From: Octopus sinensis
Taxonomy: Eukaryota
Length of the DNA stretch: 64,000 nt
Assembly (NCBI RefSeq): GCF_006345805.1
Contig: NC_043026.1
Coordinates: 8,494,001-8,558,000, forward strand
Direction of reading: 5' to 3'
Part shown: in pieces, positions 23,072-33,855 of the stretch
Numbering within the stretch: position 1 is the stretch's first letter
Layout: every line of letters starts with the position of its first letter
The notes under the pieces: generated by a model
Databases searched by the model: none
Seen by the model: the letters and a program-made list of their open reading frames with translations, nothing else
What the model was told of the DNA's origin: nothing
Made by a program: the position numbers and the translations under genes

Positions 23072-23450
23072 TCCTCTCTCTTCTTCCTCTCTCTTCCTCC
23101 CTCTCTCTCTCTCTCTCTTCTCTCTCTCTTCCTCCCTCTCTCTCTCTCTCTTCCTCTCTCTCTTCCTCCCTCTCTCTTCCTCTCTCTCTCCCTCTCTCTC
23201 TCTTCCTATCTCTCTCTCTTCCTATCTCTCTCCCTCTCTCTCTCTTCCTATCTCTCTCTCTTCCTCCCTCTCTCTCTCTCTTCCTCCCTCTCTCTCTCTT
23301 CCTCTCTCTTCCTCTCTCTCTCTTCCTCCCTCTCTCTCTTCCTATCTCTCTCTCTCTCCTCCCTTTCTCTCTCTTCCTCTTTCTCTCTCTCTCCCTCCCC
23401 CTCTCTCCCTCCCTCCCTCTCTCTACTCTTCTTTACTTCGTCTCTCTCTT
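22100..23450. repeat. (CT)n-rich microsatellite tracts
   Basis: Two long CT/CTT tracts, ~22100..22590 and ~22905..23450. Confidence 0.95.
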
Positions 23451-23929
23451 CAGATAATCACTTGAATCACATTTGACTGTTATTGTTATTTTTTTAATTT
23501 AATTTTATTTTATCTAGTTTCAGCTCACGAGCTGTGGCCATGCTGGGGCACCACCATTAGATATTAAAGAATACAACAGGGGTGTCCCCCGCCACCTCCC
23601 TGCCGGAGCCTTGTAGAACTTTAGGTGTTTTCGCTCAATAAACACACACAACGCCCGATCTGGGAATCGAAACCGCGATCCTTCGACCGCGAGTCCGCTA
23701 CCCTAACCACCAGTCCATTGCCCCTCCCCTCCCCCCACCACCATCCCCGTCCCCGTCCTTCCCAGCATCTGACAATCCGTCGCTGTGTGACGAAAGGCCG
23801 AAGCTTACTTTCAGGCGTTGTCCAAGCCGTTTGCAAACTGACGAAGCATCTCATTTGCAGAGCCGAGACAACTTGAAGTGTTCGAGTGTTCTAATTCTGA
23901 AATTGTTCCGTGTAAAAAGCAAACGCTCA

Positions 23930-24049
23930 CACAACCACCGCCACCACCACAACCACCATCATCATCACCATCATCATCACAATCATCATCATCATTCTCC
24001 TCCTCCTCCTCCTAATCATCATCATCATCATCATCATCACCATCACCAC

Positions 24050-24084
<35 letters not shown>

Positions 24085-24135
24085 CCACCACCACCATCAC
24101 CATCATCACCATCATCATCAGCAGCAGCAGCAGCC
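23930..24135. repeat. (CAT/CAC)n trinucleotide tract
   Basis: Seen directly; it accounts for the spurious poly-His ORF. Confidence 0.95.
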
Positions 24136-24334
24136 GTTCAAGGATTTGGATCTGGAGATCTCCATTTCCAGCGACTTCGAGGGCCACCTCCCAGTGGTGT
24201 CGGGTGTCAACGAAGAGCCCTCAACTACAACAAGACGGCCAAAGCTTTTTTTTTCCCAAGGTCTGGGGTCTCCCGCCCCTAAGCCCTAGACCCTCCCCTA
24301 ATTCCTTGCCATTATGAATTGATTAGAGAATTTT

Positions 24335-25005
24335 ATTGACTGATGTGAAAAAGTGTGAAAAAGTGCCACACCCTAGCAGTTGAGGGATCCTGTGGAAGAG
24401 GTAGACCCAGGAAAACCTGAGACAAGGTGGTGAAGCACGACCTTCGAACTTTAGGTCTCACCGAGGAAATGACTAGAGACCGAGACCTTTGGAAGTATGC
24501 TGTGCGTGAAAAGACCCGGCAGGACAAGTGAGACCATGACCCGTGGCCTCTACCTGGGATGTAGCCAGTCCACTTATGCATACCTTTCCTTCTTGGGACA
24601 CAAAACTCTACTTGTGAAGACCTGTTGAGGCAAGTGAAAATCAAAATCGATCAACATCAATGGAAATTGCAGCTGTGATTCCAGTGCCGGGGGCACGTAA
24701 GAGAACCATCCGAACGTGGCCGTTGCCAGCGCCGCCCCGACTGGCCTCGTGCTGGTGGCACGTAAAAAGCACCATCCGATCATGGACGTTTGCCAGCTCT
24801 GTCTGGCACCTGTGCCGGTGACACGTAAAAAGCACCCACTACACTCTTGGAGTGGTTGGCGTTAGGAAGGGCATCCAGCTGTAGAAACACTGCCAGATCA
24901 GACTGGGCCTGGTGCAGCCTTCTGGCTTCCCAGACCCCAGTTGCACCATCCAACCCATGCTAGCATGGAAAGCGGACGTTAAACGATGATGATGATGATG
25001 ATGAT
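24335..25005 (+). mobile_element. RTE-type LINE 3' end (ORF2 C-terminus plus 3' UTR)
   Basis: Remnant RGRPRKT..VVKHDLRTLGLTEEMTRDRDLWKYAV, followed by the common UTR and a (GAT)n tail. Confidence 0.8.
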
Positions 25006-25717
25006 GTGGTATGCTGGCAGAATTGTTAGCATATTAGACAAAATACTTAGAGGCATTTTGTCCGTCTTTATGTTCTGAGATCAAGTTCTACTCAAGTCAT
25101 CTTCACCTTTTGTCCTTTTGGGGTTCGTGAAATAAGTACTAGTTGGGCAGTGAGGAGGGAGGGGATTGATGTAATCAACAAGAACCTTCCCCTCAAAATT
25201 TCATGCCTCATGCCTATAGTAGAAAGCATTATATATGTGTGTATATATATATGTGTGTGTGTGTATGTAAAAAATACAAACTGGGACAAGAACGCAAAAC
25301 ATTTAGAAGACGATACAAAAAACACAGACGGGACATTCGAAGCCTTCAATCTTCATTCAAGAACCGGATCATCCTGGCAATTTCGGCTGATTAATCTTGA
25401 GATTGCTCCGACCTGGCCAGCCCCAAAGGAAAATCTAAGCCAAGCGCATTAGATTCCTTGGAAGAAAGCCTCGAATGTATACAAAACAAGGACGGAAAAA
25501 CGGACGATGTTACACGAATATGAATACAAAAATACGTAAAAACAATAATGATAATAATAATAACAAAAACAAGACGTCACAGACAGGCGTCTTTCAACAG
25601 GACGTGTGAACTTTGAGCTGGCGCATTAGAAAAATGCCTTGGGGCATATATATATATATATATATATATATGAATGAATAAATGGAATTTAACGCAGGTA
25701 TAAATCAAATATTATGT

Positions 25718-25799
25718 TTTCGACACATGTTTCGAAAATTCCACTGATACTATTCAAAAGAATAAATGGTATAAACAATGCAATCTTCTCTTCAGGAAA
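25718..25799 (-). ncRNA. Type I minimal hammerhead ribozyme motif (GUC site)
   Basis: Minus strand uuuc-CUGAAGA-GAAGAUU...AAUUUUC-GAAA-CAUGUG-UC/gaaa: complete core, 7-bp stem II, 4-bp stem I, short stem III. Confidence 0.65.
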
Positions 25800-26033
25800 G
25801 TGAAAAAAACGAAAAAGACATTTTAGGAAAAAATTATGGATTTGTATAGCGATTAACTGAACGCTTTTAATATTATTCCACGTAAACACTAAGTTTCTAC
25901 CTTTATAAACAAGGAGTTACAACCGCTTTACTTGTGAGATTTTTGCTACCCTGGTAACTATTTATTTATTTTTTCCATGATAATTGTTAACAAGGTAAAA
26001 ATACACTCATCTATTTATATATTGTACTTTATA

Positions 26034-26160
26034 ATCTCTGAAGAGGCCTTGGGATATATTTGTAAGTGTCTCATTTATAACCACATATTAACTTATCACA
26101 CCTGGCTAATATGAGCATAATGAGATACTCATATCTACATGGCTGAAACAGCTGTAAGAT
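26034..26160 (+). ncRNA. Type I hammerhead-like motif (GUA site), slightly degenerate
   Basis: aucu-CUGAAGA-GGCC...GGCU-GAAA-CAGCUG-UA/agau. G10.1-U11.1 replaces the canonical G-C pair, and loop II is ~92 nt. Confidence 0.5.
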
Positions 26161-26362
26161 GTAGTTTATATTTATATTTATTTATATTTATTTATACATA
26201 TTGTACTTATTGAATCATATTACTCATTGATGTGCATTGTTTTTTTTCTGTACTATTATGTTTGACCTTGATGTTCATATGTAGAGGTTTAATAAATTAT
26301 GTGATTGGGTATTATCTGGTAGTTGATTTTTGATATAGGTGTATTTCTCCATTTTCTTATTT

Positions 26363-26414
<52 letters not shown>

Positions 26415-26415
26415 T

Positions 26416-26450
<35 letters not shown>

Positions 26451-26651
26451 TAATGAATACACACATACCATATATGTAATGTATATACAGAAAGAGATAG
26501 AGTGTATGTGTTGAAGAATATCACAACAATAATTGATAGAATAATCATTAGTGTGTAGAATGCAACGTCAGTGATGTAGGTTCAATTTCCAGGTGAACAC
26601 GGAATCAATAACAACAACAACAACATCAAATTTTAATATTTCTGAAAATAT

Positions 26652-29600
26652 TTATTTGTCATAATAAAAAAAAGCAAAAGATTGACGTCCAGGAATAATT
26701 CCAAAAACCATCAAAGAATTTTCTGAAACATCCAAACCAAGAACTGTGAAAACTTCATTATCGTCACCCCTGAGGAGCAAATATTTCTGAATATTTTCAG
26801 ACGTCTGCTGTTCAATATTTTCAAATGTTTGGTGTTCAATGTAAGCAGGTATTTGGTAAATACTGTTATCTTTATCTGTTATATAAACATATCCAGCACA
26901 CGTTGTTAGATATGGTTTGTAAATATAATAATCTGGATCGATGGGGAGTTTAATACTCCTGACCAAATGTTCGCGATACCAACAGACATCATAGTCCCCA
27001 CTACTCCATCCCTCCCTCTCCTCCTTCACCACAACAATCTCACCACCAGATGTCACTACTATACCACACACAACTGACTCTACGTCTTCGTCTTCTACCT
27101 CCAAAACTCCAGAATCCACTTTACAATTGTATTTACATGTCACACCATCAACATCAACAATATCTATGTAGTAGTTGTAGTTTCTCACACCTTTAGTTAT
27201 GTCTCTAATATAATGACCACCACACACGAGTTGACTGTCGTTGTATTTATAAATCCTGTTGTAGAATTTTTCAGTTTTGATGGTTTTTAAACAACAGAGA
27301 TCCCTGTTGAAGAACATCAGTTCTTCACCAAAGGTGACAATAAAACATTCATCTGTCCACTGACATATGTCCAGTGGTGGTTGTGGTAGTTGTTCATGTT
27401 GAAGTATGTCCACTGTTGTTGTTGTTGTTCTGATTAATGTGACACTTTCTCGAAATATCAACACACTCACATTCTCATCTAACTTAATTAGTTTACTGTT
27501 CTGGTCCCTAATGTCCATAAAATCATAATTAACAGGTTCCTCAAATGCAGGAATGGAAAAAGGGACCATTGCTGTCCTATATGGAAGTCTCCTCACTGAT
27601 ATTTCATCAATTCCTGAATTATTAATCTCCGCTATGTAATTACCACATCTCACCTTTAATCTACCTTTACCAATTATTTCACCTGATTTACCTCTTCTTC
27701 TTCCTCCTCCATCTCCATCTCCTCCTCTGTATTCCAATTTATTAATTAATTCATTACTGAATATTTCCTTGTTCGTTTCAGATGTAATGGAAGGGAAATG
27801 AAGACCAGAATCAAGATTTAATGACGACACAGATTCCAGAATGTTCACTTGGTCCCCATCAATCTTTATGCAATGACATTCAATCAATTCATTATGTACA
27901 CACCAGTAAATACCCGCCACTTTTCTCCATATTACACCATAAGGGATGAGACTCGACCAAACTTGAGATGTCTGCAAATCTTCTCCATTCAGATGAAATA
28001 TTTCTTTCCTTTTAGGAACCGTGGCCATTATGTGTGATTCTTGTGTAAAACACACACCACCAACTAAACTTGCAACATTTCTGTGACATAGCAACTGGCC
28101 GTCTTCATCGAATATTTTAACATTTCCATTATTGGCTTTTTCACACACAACTGTCTTTCCTTCCTCAGAGACATCAAAATCTTTTACTTGAACAGGACAT
28201 TTGTCTGTTTGTAAACGAGCAACCGGGAATCTTTCCCGACTAACTTTGAATAAACCTTCAACATATAATTCACTACTGCAGCTTCCAACAAACCTTACTC
28301 CTTTACAGTTTATACAGGAGAAATCTACTGTATTTTTATAAATTCTGTCATTCAAAAATATTCTCTGGTATTCCCCATTCTGGGTCAAACACACAATGTT
28401 ATCATACCCAGTGTAACCAATATACCTTTCCCACCGACCATGAACAAACAAATAATTGTCATCAATTGTTATGTTATCGTAATCACTATTATACCACATG
28501 TAGTGTCTAATTGAATGTAAATACTGACCATCACTGTTGAGAAAAATTATGAAAGTATCATTGTTGACAATGATGACATCTTCATCAGTAACTGTAATGT
28601 CACAGATGTAATTAATATAGTTATCACCATGTTTGTATCTCGTTAATAATTTCTCAGGTATGTATATTTCTCTTCTTATATCCACGGCTGAATGGGCTTC
28701 ATCAATATGAAAGACATACAAAGTACGTTCGTCTTCCCATTTATTACACACCAGCCAATTGTTTGACAAAGAAGTGACATATTTATACCTATCCCTTGTC
28801 TGATAAGTTACCAACGACAACGGGAATTCCACTTTTAATGTCAACAGCTGGGATTTATCATCGCCAGTTGTAATGACCAGTGTGTTTGACTGCCACCGAC
28901 ACATATTGATACTATCAACATTCAGTCTGATAGAGTCCAGAAGCTGACCGTCAAATGTTAATATCTTGATGTTTTTATTATTATTGTCATATCCTGCAAT
29001 CAGGTTGTTTTCAATAACAACAAAACAAATAATGTACACTGGATATTTGTCTCCAAAACCTGGAGGGACAACAACATGCCTAGCTTTGTCAGAAACTGTC
29101 AGGTCCTGTAGATATAAAGTGGAAGACAACATTTCACTGACAGAAATGTTTCTGGAAAATACATCCACCAGGTCGATATAATAATTAAGTTGATTATTTG
29201 TAACGAGATCATTAACCACCAAATTATGATCATTTATAGCAAACATACGGCTATTATCAATAAGATACACAAACATTTGGTCAACAGATCCACCATAGAG
29301 ATTAGGGGGACGTGTCACTTGGGGCATTAAAACACTGGGGACCATCTTAATAATACTACTATTCCTGACATGGCCACCACCACTGGTACTAGTGATATAC
29401 TGAAATGCTTTTTTCCTAGTAACAATTAATAACTTTCTTGATTCATTTTCAATTGATAATGATTTCACAAAAACAGGGATATTAATTGTCTTAATTACTT
29501 CGACTTGATTATAATAATTGATGGCTAAAATGTCTAAATGTGATGGTTTATCACAATAACAAACAATTTCACATTCACCCATCTTACACACCCGTACATA

Positions 29601-31997
29601 AGGCTGCCTTAATGATACACTTCTCACTGTCTTTGATAGGTTTCCGATGACCCTTAATTGTTTCTGTAGGGGTAATGTGACCCCTATATGATTAGAATCC
29701 CATCGACATATATCTGTGGCTGTAGACGGCAGAGATAATCTAGACACAATGTCTCCTTCCTGAGAAACGTATAACAAGCAATCATGCTTGATGTCAGACA
29801 CTACTAACTGTCCATTGGACAGATTACATATTTTGCCAATGAGAAGTTTTTGGTCTTTCTCCTTTACTTTGAGTCGTAGATTTAGATTTCTGATGTAAGG
29901 ATTTTTGATGGGTAAACGACAGCCAGACGACGGGTCTTGATACTTGTAAAGAAGAACCCTGTTGAGTTGAGTGTCCGGGACATAAAGAGTTCCTTGGAAA
30001 ACAGCAATGTGAGGGTGAACAGGGAAAGGCAGTTCCCATTGCCATTTCATTTCTCCATATAGATCGTAACATCTGAGAATAGAGTGTCTCCTGAAGAGGA
30101 CATAGAAATAAACATTATCAGAGTAGATGTGATGAGGGTAGCCATATAATGGAAGGTATTTTTGAAAAAGTTCTTCGCCAGATGTGGAATAAAATACCAT
30201 TTTATTTTCGCTTCCATCTACGACTACAAAATTAATTGGAGTTGCAGCAATGCTGACATTATAATGTCCCAGAGAAATTCTTTCTATAATGTCAACTTTA
30301 TCTTCCTTGATCAAGAGGATATGGACCTCGCTTTTGTTTTCAGTGGTGGTCACAGCTAAACACTTATTTGATACGATATGACATAGTTTAAAGTAATCAG
30401 TATGGACTTTCATTAAAGGGCCTTTCATTAGCCCGGGGCATGTGATACACTGAAATTCTTTGTTTTCACGGTAAAACACCAGAAATCCTTTAGAATTCAT
30501 TCTACAAAAGCAAGAAGGAATCTCTAGGAAAGTTGAATTATTTTGGTTAATTATTTCTCCAGTCTCAGTGAATAATATAGCTTTATTATTCCTGTAAAAT
30601 ATTAATATAGAAGATGTAGACATAGGTAGAATATTAGTAATGTTGTAGCAATCTTCAATATAAATATAGTTGTTCAATGTTGGGGTCCATAGCTGGTGGT
30701 TATATGACTGCCTGGGCCAAAAGTCTTCATTTGTTCCAATGATATGAAGGACATCAAAATAATCGGTTACAAAAATGTTTTCTTTGCCAACAGAAATATG
30801 GCGGCATTTCATGCCAATTTCTCTTGTTCTCACAGCACCTGTACCTGAAATCCGATAAATAATATGTCCCTGAAGGACATAAAAATGGTTTTGGTACACT
30901 GAGATGTGGCTTGGAATGTCCAGGGAATTGGTATCCACCTCAAATAACTGCTGGCCATCCACATTGTAACAGGTAACCCTGTTAATATTGGAAAAGGATA
31001 CTAAGAGTTTATTTTGTGCTCCTACAGCAATATCTGTTGGTGTTTCTTTGGTTATGAATTCGTATTTTATTCTATTCTCTTCCCAGTCAATGACGTATAT
31101 GGTCCGACCAAACAGTTCTACACCTATAAGCATAGAATGTTCCAAATAAGAAACCAAGATTAATCCTAGCTGAATTCTTTTGATTTCCAAACTTAAAGGG
31201 TTGATAATAAGAATCATTTTTCGGAAGGGTAGGGTGGCCAGGACTGTGTCTTGACTGATTCTGGTAAAATCAGTCACAGAAGATGAGCAATGAACTTCAT
31301 TTCTGTTACCGTCTCTTGTTATAAAACATATTGTCATACAGTGGCGGGAATATGTTACAATACCCCCTTGTATGACAACAATATTGGATATTGGGTTGCT
31401 TAAGTCTTCACCAGATTCCTCAATCTTTGCTTCTCTGTTTACAACCGAAGAATGTGGCCGAAATTTGTTGATTATTTTTGGTGCCTCAATGGTTTTGTGT
31501 TTGTCTTGCAAAACATTTGTCTTCATGTATTGTTCCAGAAAACATTCAAGATTCGCAAAAATGACAAAATCTTGGCTGTAATCATATTCCTTAATGTCTT
31601 TCTGCAAAATTTCTATTCTCTGTGTAAAATCTTTTAGAAAAGTATTTTCATCCATTCCTATACTTTTTAAAAAAGTACATATTTCTTCCCGAGAATTTAT
31701 CAACAAATCAATTTTGTCTTCATATGCATTGAACCTTGTATAATATACACGTTTGTCCAAAATATCTCCTTTTCTAATTATTTCCCAGTTTTTAGGGTCT
31801 CCTTTATGTCTTTTTTGTTTTGTTGTTGGCTGAGATGAAGCTCGTTTCTCAGACATTTCTCTCCTTGAACCATCATCTCTCTCATATTTACACCTTTTAT
31901 TGTCAACTCCTTCTTTATCCCATTTTGGTGTCGAGTCCCTTAAAGCTCTTTTCTGAGGAGTAAGGCTTCTTGAAGTGTTTCCTCTTGGGGCTTCCAT
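26652..31997 (-). CDS. Intact single-exon 1781-aa protein with about six tandem NHL/TolB-like beta-propellers, paralogue B
   Basis: 5346-nt uninterrupted ORF. Recurrent blade motifs (TDIAVGAQNKLLVSFSNINRVTCYNVDG; TDICRWDSNHIGVTLPLQKQLRVI; LDICQWTDECFIVTF) resemble the NHL-like propellers of molluscan B-box/NHL proteins. No signal peptide, transmembrane segment, RING or B-box is visible. Confidence 0.9.
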   Translation of the reverse strand: MEAPRGNTSRSLTPQKRALRDSTPKWDKEGVDNKRCKYERDDGSRREMSEKRASSQPTTKQKRHKGDPKNWEIIRKGDILDKRVYYTRFNAYEDKIDLLINSREEICTFLKSIGMDENTFLKDFTQRIEILQKDIKEYDYSQDFVIFANLECFLEQYMKTNVLQDKHKTIEAPKIINKFRPHSSVVNREAKIEESGEDLSNPISNIVVIQGGIVTYSRHCMTICFITRDGNRNEVHCSSSVTDFTRISQDTVLATLPFRKMILIINPLSLEIKRIQLGLILVSYLEHSMLIGVELFGRTIYVIDWEENRIKYEFITKETPTDIAVGAQNKLLVSFSNINRVTCYNVDGQQLFEVDTNSLDIPSHISVYQNHFYVLQGHIIYRISGTGAVRTREIGMKCRHISVGKENIFVTDYFDVLHIIGTNEDFWPRQSYNHQLWTPTLNNYIYIEDCYNITNILPMSTSSILIFYRNNKAILFTETGEIINQNNSTFLEIPSCFCRMNSKGFLVFYRENKEFQCITCPGLMKGPLMKVHTDYFKLCHIVSNKCLAVTTTENKSEVHILLIKEDKVDIIERISLGHYNVSIAATPINFVVVDGSENKMVFYSTSGEELFQKYLPLYGYPHHIYSDNVYFYVLFRRHSILRCYDLYGEMKWQWELPFPVHPHIAVFQGTLYVPDTQLNRVLLYKYQDPSSGCRLPIKNPYIRNLNLRLKVKEKDQKLLIGKICNLSNGQLVVSDIKHDCLLYVSQEGDIVSRLSLPSTATDICRWDSNHIGVTLPLQKQLRVIGNLSKTVRSVSLRQPYVRVCKMGECEIVCYCDKPSHLDILAINYYNQVEVIKTINIPVFVKSLSIENESRKLLIVTRKKAFQYITSTSGGGHVRNSSIIKMVPSVLMPQVTRPPNLYGGSVDQMFVYLIDNSRMFAINDHNLVVNDLVTNNQLNYYIDLVDVFSRNISVSEMLSSTLYLQDLTVSDKARHVVVPPGFGDKYPVYIICFVVIENNLIAGYDNNNKNIKILTFDGQLLDSIRLNVDSINMCRWQSNTLVITTGDDKSQLLTLKVEFPLSLVTYQTRDRYKYVTSLSNNWLVCNKWEDERTLYVFHIDEAHSAVDIRREIYIPEKLLTRYKHGDNYINYICDITVTDEDVIIVNNDTFIIFLNSDGQYLHSIRHYMWYNSDYDNITIDDNYLFVHGRWERYIGYTGYDNIVCLTQNGEYQRIFLNDRIYKNTVDFSCINCKGVRFVGSCSSELYVEGLFKVSRERFPVARLQTDKCPVQVKDFDVSEEGKTVVCEKANNGNVKIFDEDGQLLCHRNVASLVGGVCFTQESHIMATVPKRKEIFHLNGEDLQTSQVWSSLIPYGVIWRKVAGIYWCVHNELIECHCIKIDGDQVNILESVSSLNLDSGLHFPSITSETNKEIFSNELINKLEYRGGDGDGGGRRRGKSGEIIGKGRLKVRCGNYIAEINNSGIDEISVRRLPYRTAMVPFSIPAFEEPVNYDFMDIRDQNSKLIKLDENVSVLIFRESVTLIRTTTTTVDILQHEQLPQPPLDICQWTDECFIVTFGEELMFFNRDLCCLKTIKTEKFYNRIYKYNDSQLVCGGHYIRDITKGVRNYNYYIDIVDVDGVTCKYNCKVDSGVLEVEDEDVESVVCGIVVTSGGEIVVVKEEREGWSSGDYDVCWYREHLVRSIKLPIDPDYYIYKPYLTTCAGYVYITDKDNSIYQIPAYIEHQTFENIEQQTSENIQKYLLLRGDDNEVFTVLGLDVSENSLMVFGIIPGRQSFAFFYYDK

Positions 31998-32004
31998 AGT
32001 GAAT

Positions 32005-32034
32005 CTGTAAAGAAATATAAAGAAAACATTTAGC
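32005..32034 (-). promoter_or_regulatory. 3' splice acceptor upstream of paralogue B
   Basis: Minus strand ttttctttatatttctttacag|attcactATG. Confidence 0.7.
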
Positions 32035-32289
32035 TTTGTGAAAATATTAAAGTTTCAGAGAAATGGTGTTTACTTCATTAATTTAAATACATAAGCAAAA
32101 CATCTCTGTACTTCTGCCACTGTATTAGCTTGTCTAATTAACATGCAAGCCAACTTGAATTTAATTAAATGTAAATCATGATCACATTAATTAAATTGCT
32201 TCAAATAATTTTTGCATAGTTTAATGAAATATAAACTTCGTTATATCCTATGAAAATAATTGAAATCTTTTATTGCATAATGACCTGTT

Positions 32290-32672
32290 GAGCCAAGTAA
32301 AACCAACACAGTAGCTGGGGCCAGTGCCCTCTGACTGGCTCCCATGCCAGTGGCATGTAAAAAGCACCATCCGAACATGGTCGATGCCAGGCCTGCCTGA
32401 CTGGCTCCCATACCAGTGGCATGTAAAAAGCACCATCCAAACGTGATTGTTGCCAGTACCGCCTGACTGGCCCCTGTGCTGGTGGCACGTAAAAAAACAC
32501 CCACTACACTCTTGGAGTGGTTGGCTTTAGGAAGGGCATCCATCTGTAGAAACACTGCCAGATCAGACTGGAGCCTGGTGCAGCCATCTGGCTCTCCAGT
32601 TCTCAGTCAAACTGTCCAACCCATGCCAGCATGGAAAACAGACGTTAAATGATGATGATGATGATGATGATA
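32290..32672 (+). mobile_element. RTE-type LINE 3' UTR fragment
   Basis: Common tail ending ggaaaacagacgttaaatgatgatg. Confidence 0.7.
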
Positions 32673-32804
32673 TGAAAAAATTTATGCAAATGTGAATTTA
32701 AGAGTGTGTGGTGTGTTGTTAATAATGAATACATGTATGTGCATGTACACACACACACACTGGTTATAAATAGTTCCTATCGTTAAAACCTACTGATATA
32801 ATAA

Positions 32805-33200
32805 TAATAATAAACATTGTGTACAGTGCTCAGGTGCACTACAACTCATCTAAAGTGTATATATAATCAGGTGTAGTTTCGGCGGATTTCGGAAAGCATG
32901 AGGGCCTTAAAGGATGCAGTGTCATGGCAGTCAACAACTGACGCAGGCAGTTTATTCCATGCTTCAGCAACTCTGAGCGTGAAAAAATGTTTCCGAAAGT
33001 CATGGGAGCTGTGTTGTTTTCTGACTTTGTGGGCATGTCCACGTGTGTTAGACACATGGAGATCAAAAAGGTGTCCAGTGTTGTTATTGGTGAGGTGATT
33101 AAAATATCTAATATTTTTTCACACCTAGCTGTTCTACGAATAGATATTGTTGAAATATGTACCAAACTCAGAAATGAATCCCTGGGGTTCATATGATTGA
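32805..33200 (-). mobile_element. CR1/L2-type LINE 3' fragment
   Basis: TRGHAHKVRKQHSSHDFRKHFFTLRVAEAWNKLPASVV is a CR1 ORF2 C-terminal motif; (ATT)n-like tail. Confidence 0.8.
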
Positions 33201-33479
33201 TTAAACCCAGTTAAGCAACACCCCCCCCCCCCAGCAGGGCCATGGTTCAGTGACTTTAAAGAGAAAATCACATGACCCACATATTACAGTATATAGCTGG
33301 AAATTTCTGAACCACCACCATCGCCGCTGCCGCTACCACCACCATCACCACCACCACCACCACCACCACTATCACCACAATAATATTAAAAACATTAAAA
33401 TTATTTTTATAAACTGTAAACATTTGAAATGCGACAATTATATTTGTTTAAAATATGTTAAACTTATAGTTTCTGTTAT

Positions 33480-33855
33480 TATTTCCACCTTAGCAAAGGC
33501 AGAGGTATTGTTTACAGTTGTATTTGTTTGTTGGTTTGTTTGTGGACAAGATATCTCAAGAACCACTGGATAGATTCCGATGAAACTTTCAGAGACATTT
33601 GGCCTCGGGACTGGGACAAACTGATTAGATTTGGGGTTTGATCCGGTACTGGACAAGGATTCTAGACTATTTTTCCCTTTTGTTTTTTTCCTTAATTTTT
33701 GAGAGCGATCAGGTTCATTTTTTGTTTTCTCGTTTGTGAGAGCAGCCAAGTTTATTTCAGATATTCTCATTTTAAAAATTATAATCTCTGGCTAATTATT
33801 GGGAGGACGTTGGTGTTGCCTTGGCAGAGGTTTGAACTCTCAGAGTGCTCTTGTT
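33480..33855 (+). mobile_element. Non-autonomous Helentron-like element
   Basis: Subterminal ccttagcaaaggcagagg ... ccttggcagaggtttgaactctcagagtgct and an internal (TTTG)n run. Confidence 0.5.

Noticed and set aside
22195-24289. Poly-ER, poly-SL and poly-His ORFs
   Set aside because: Products of (CT)n and (CAT)n tracts; likewise the poly-G/T/V ORFs at 34570..35097 and the ORFs at 50114..50617.
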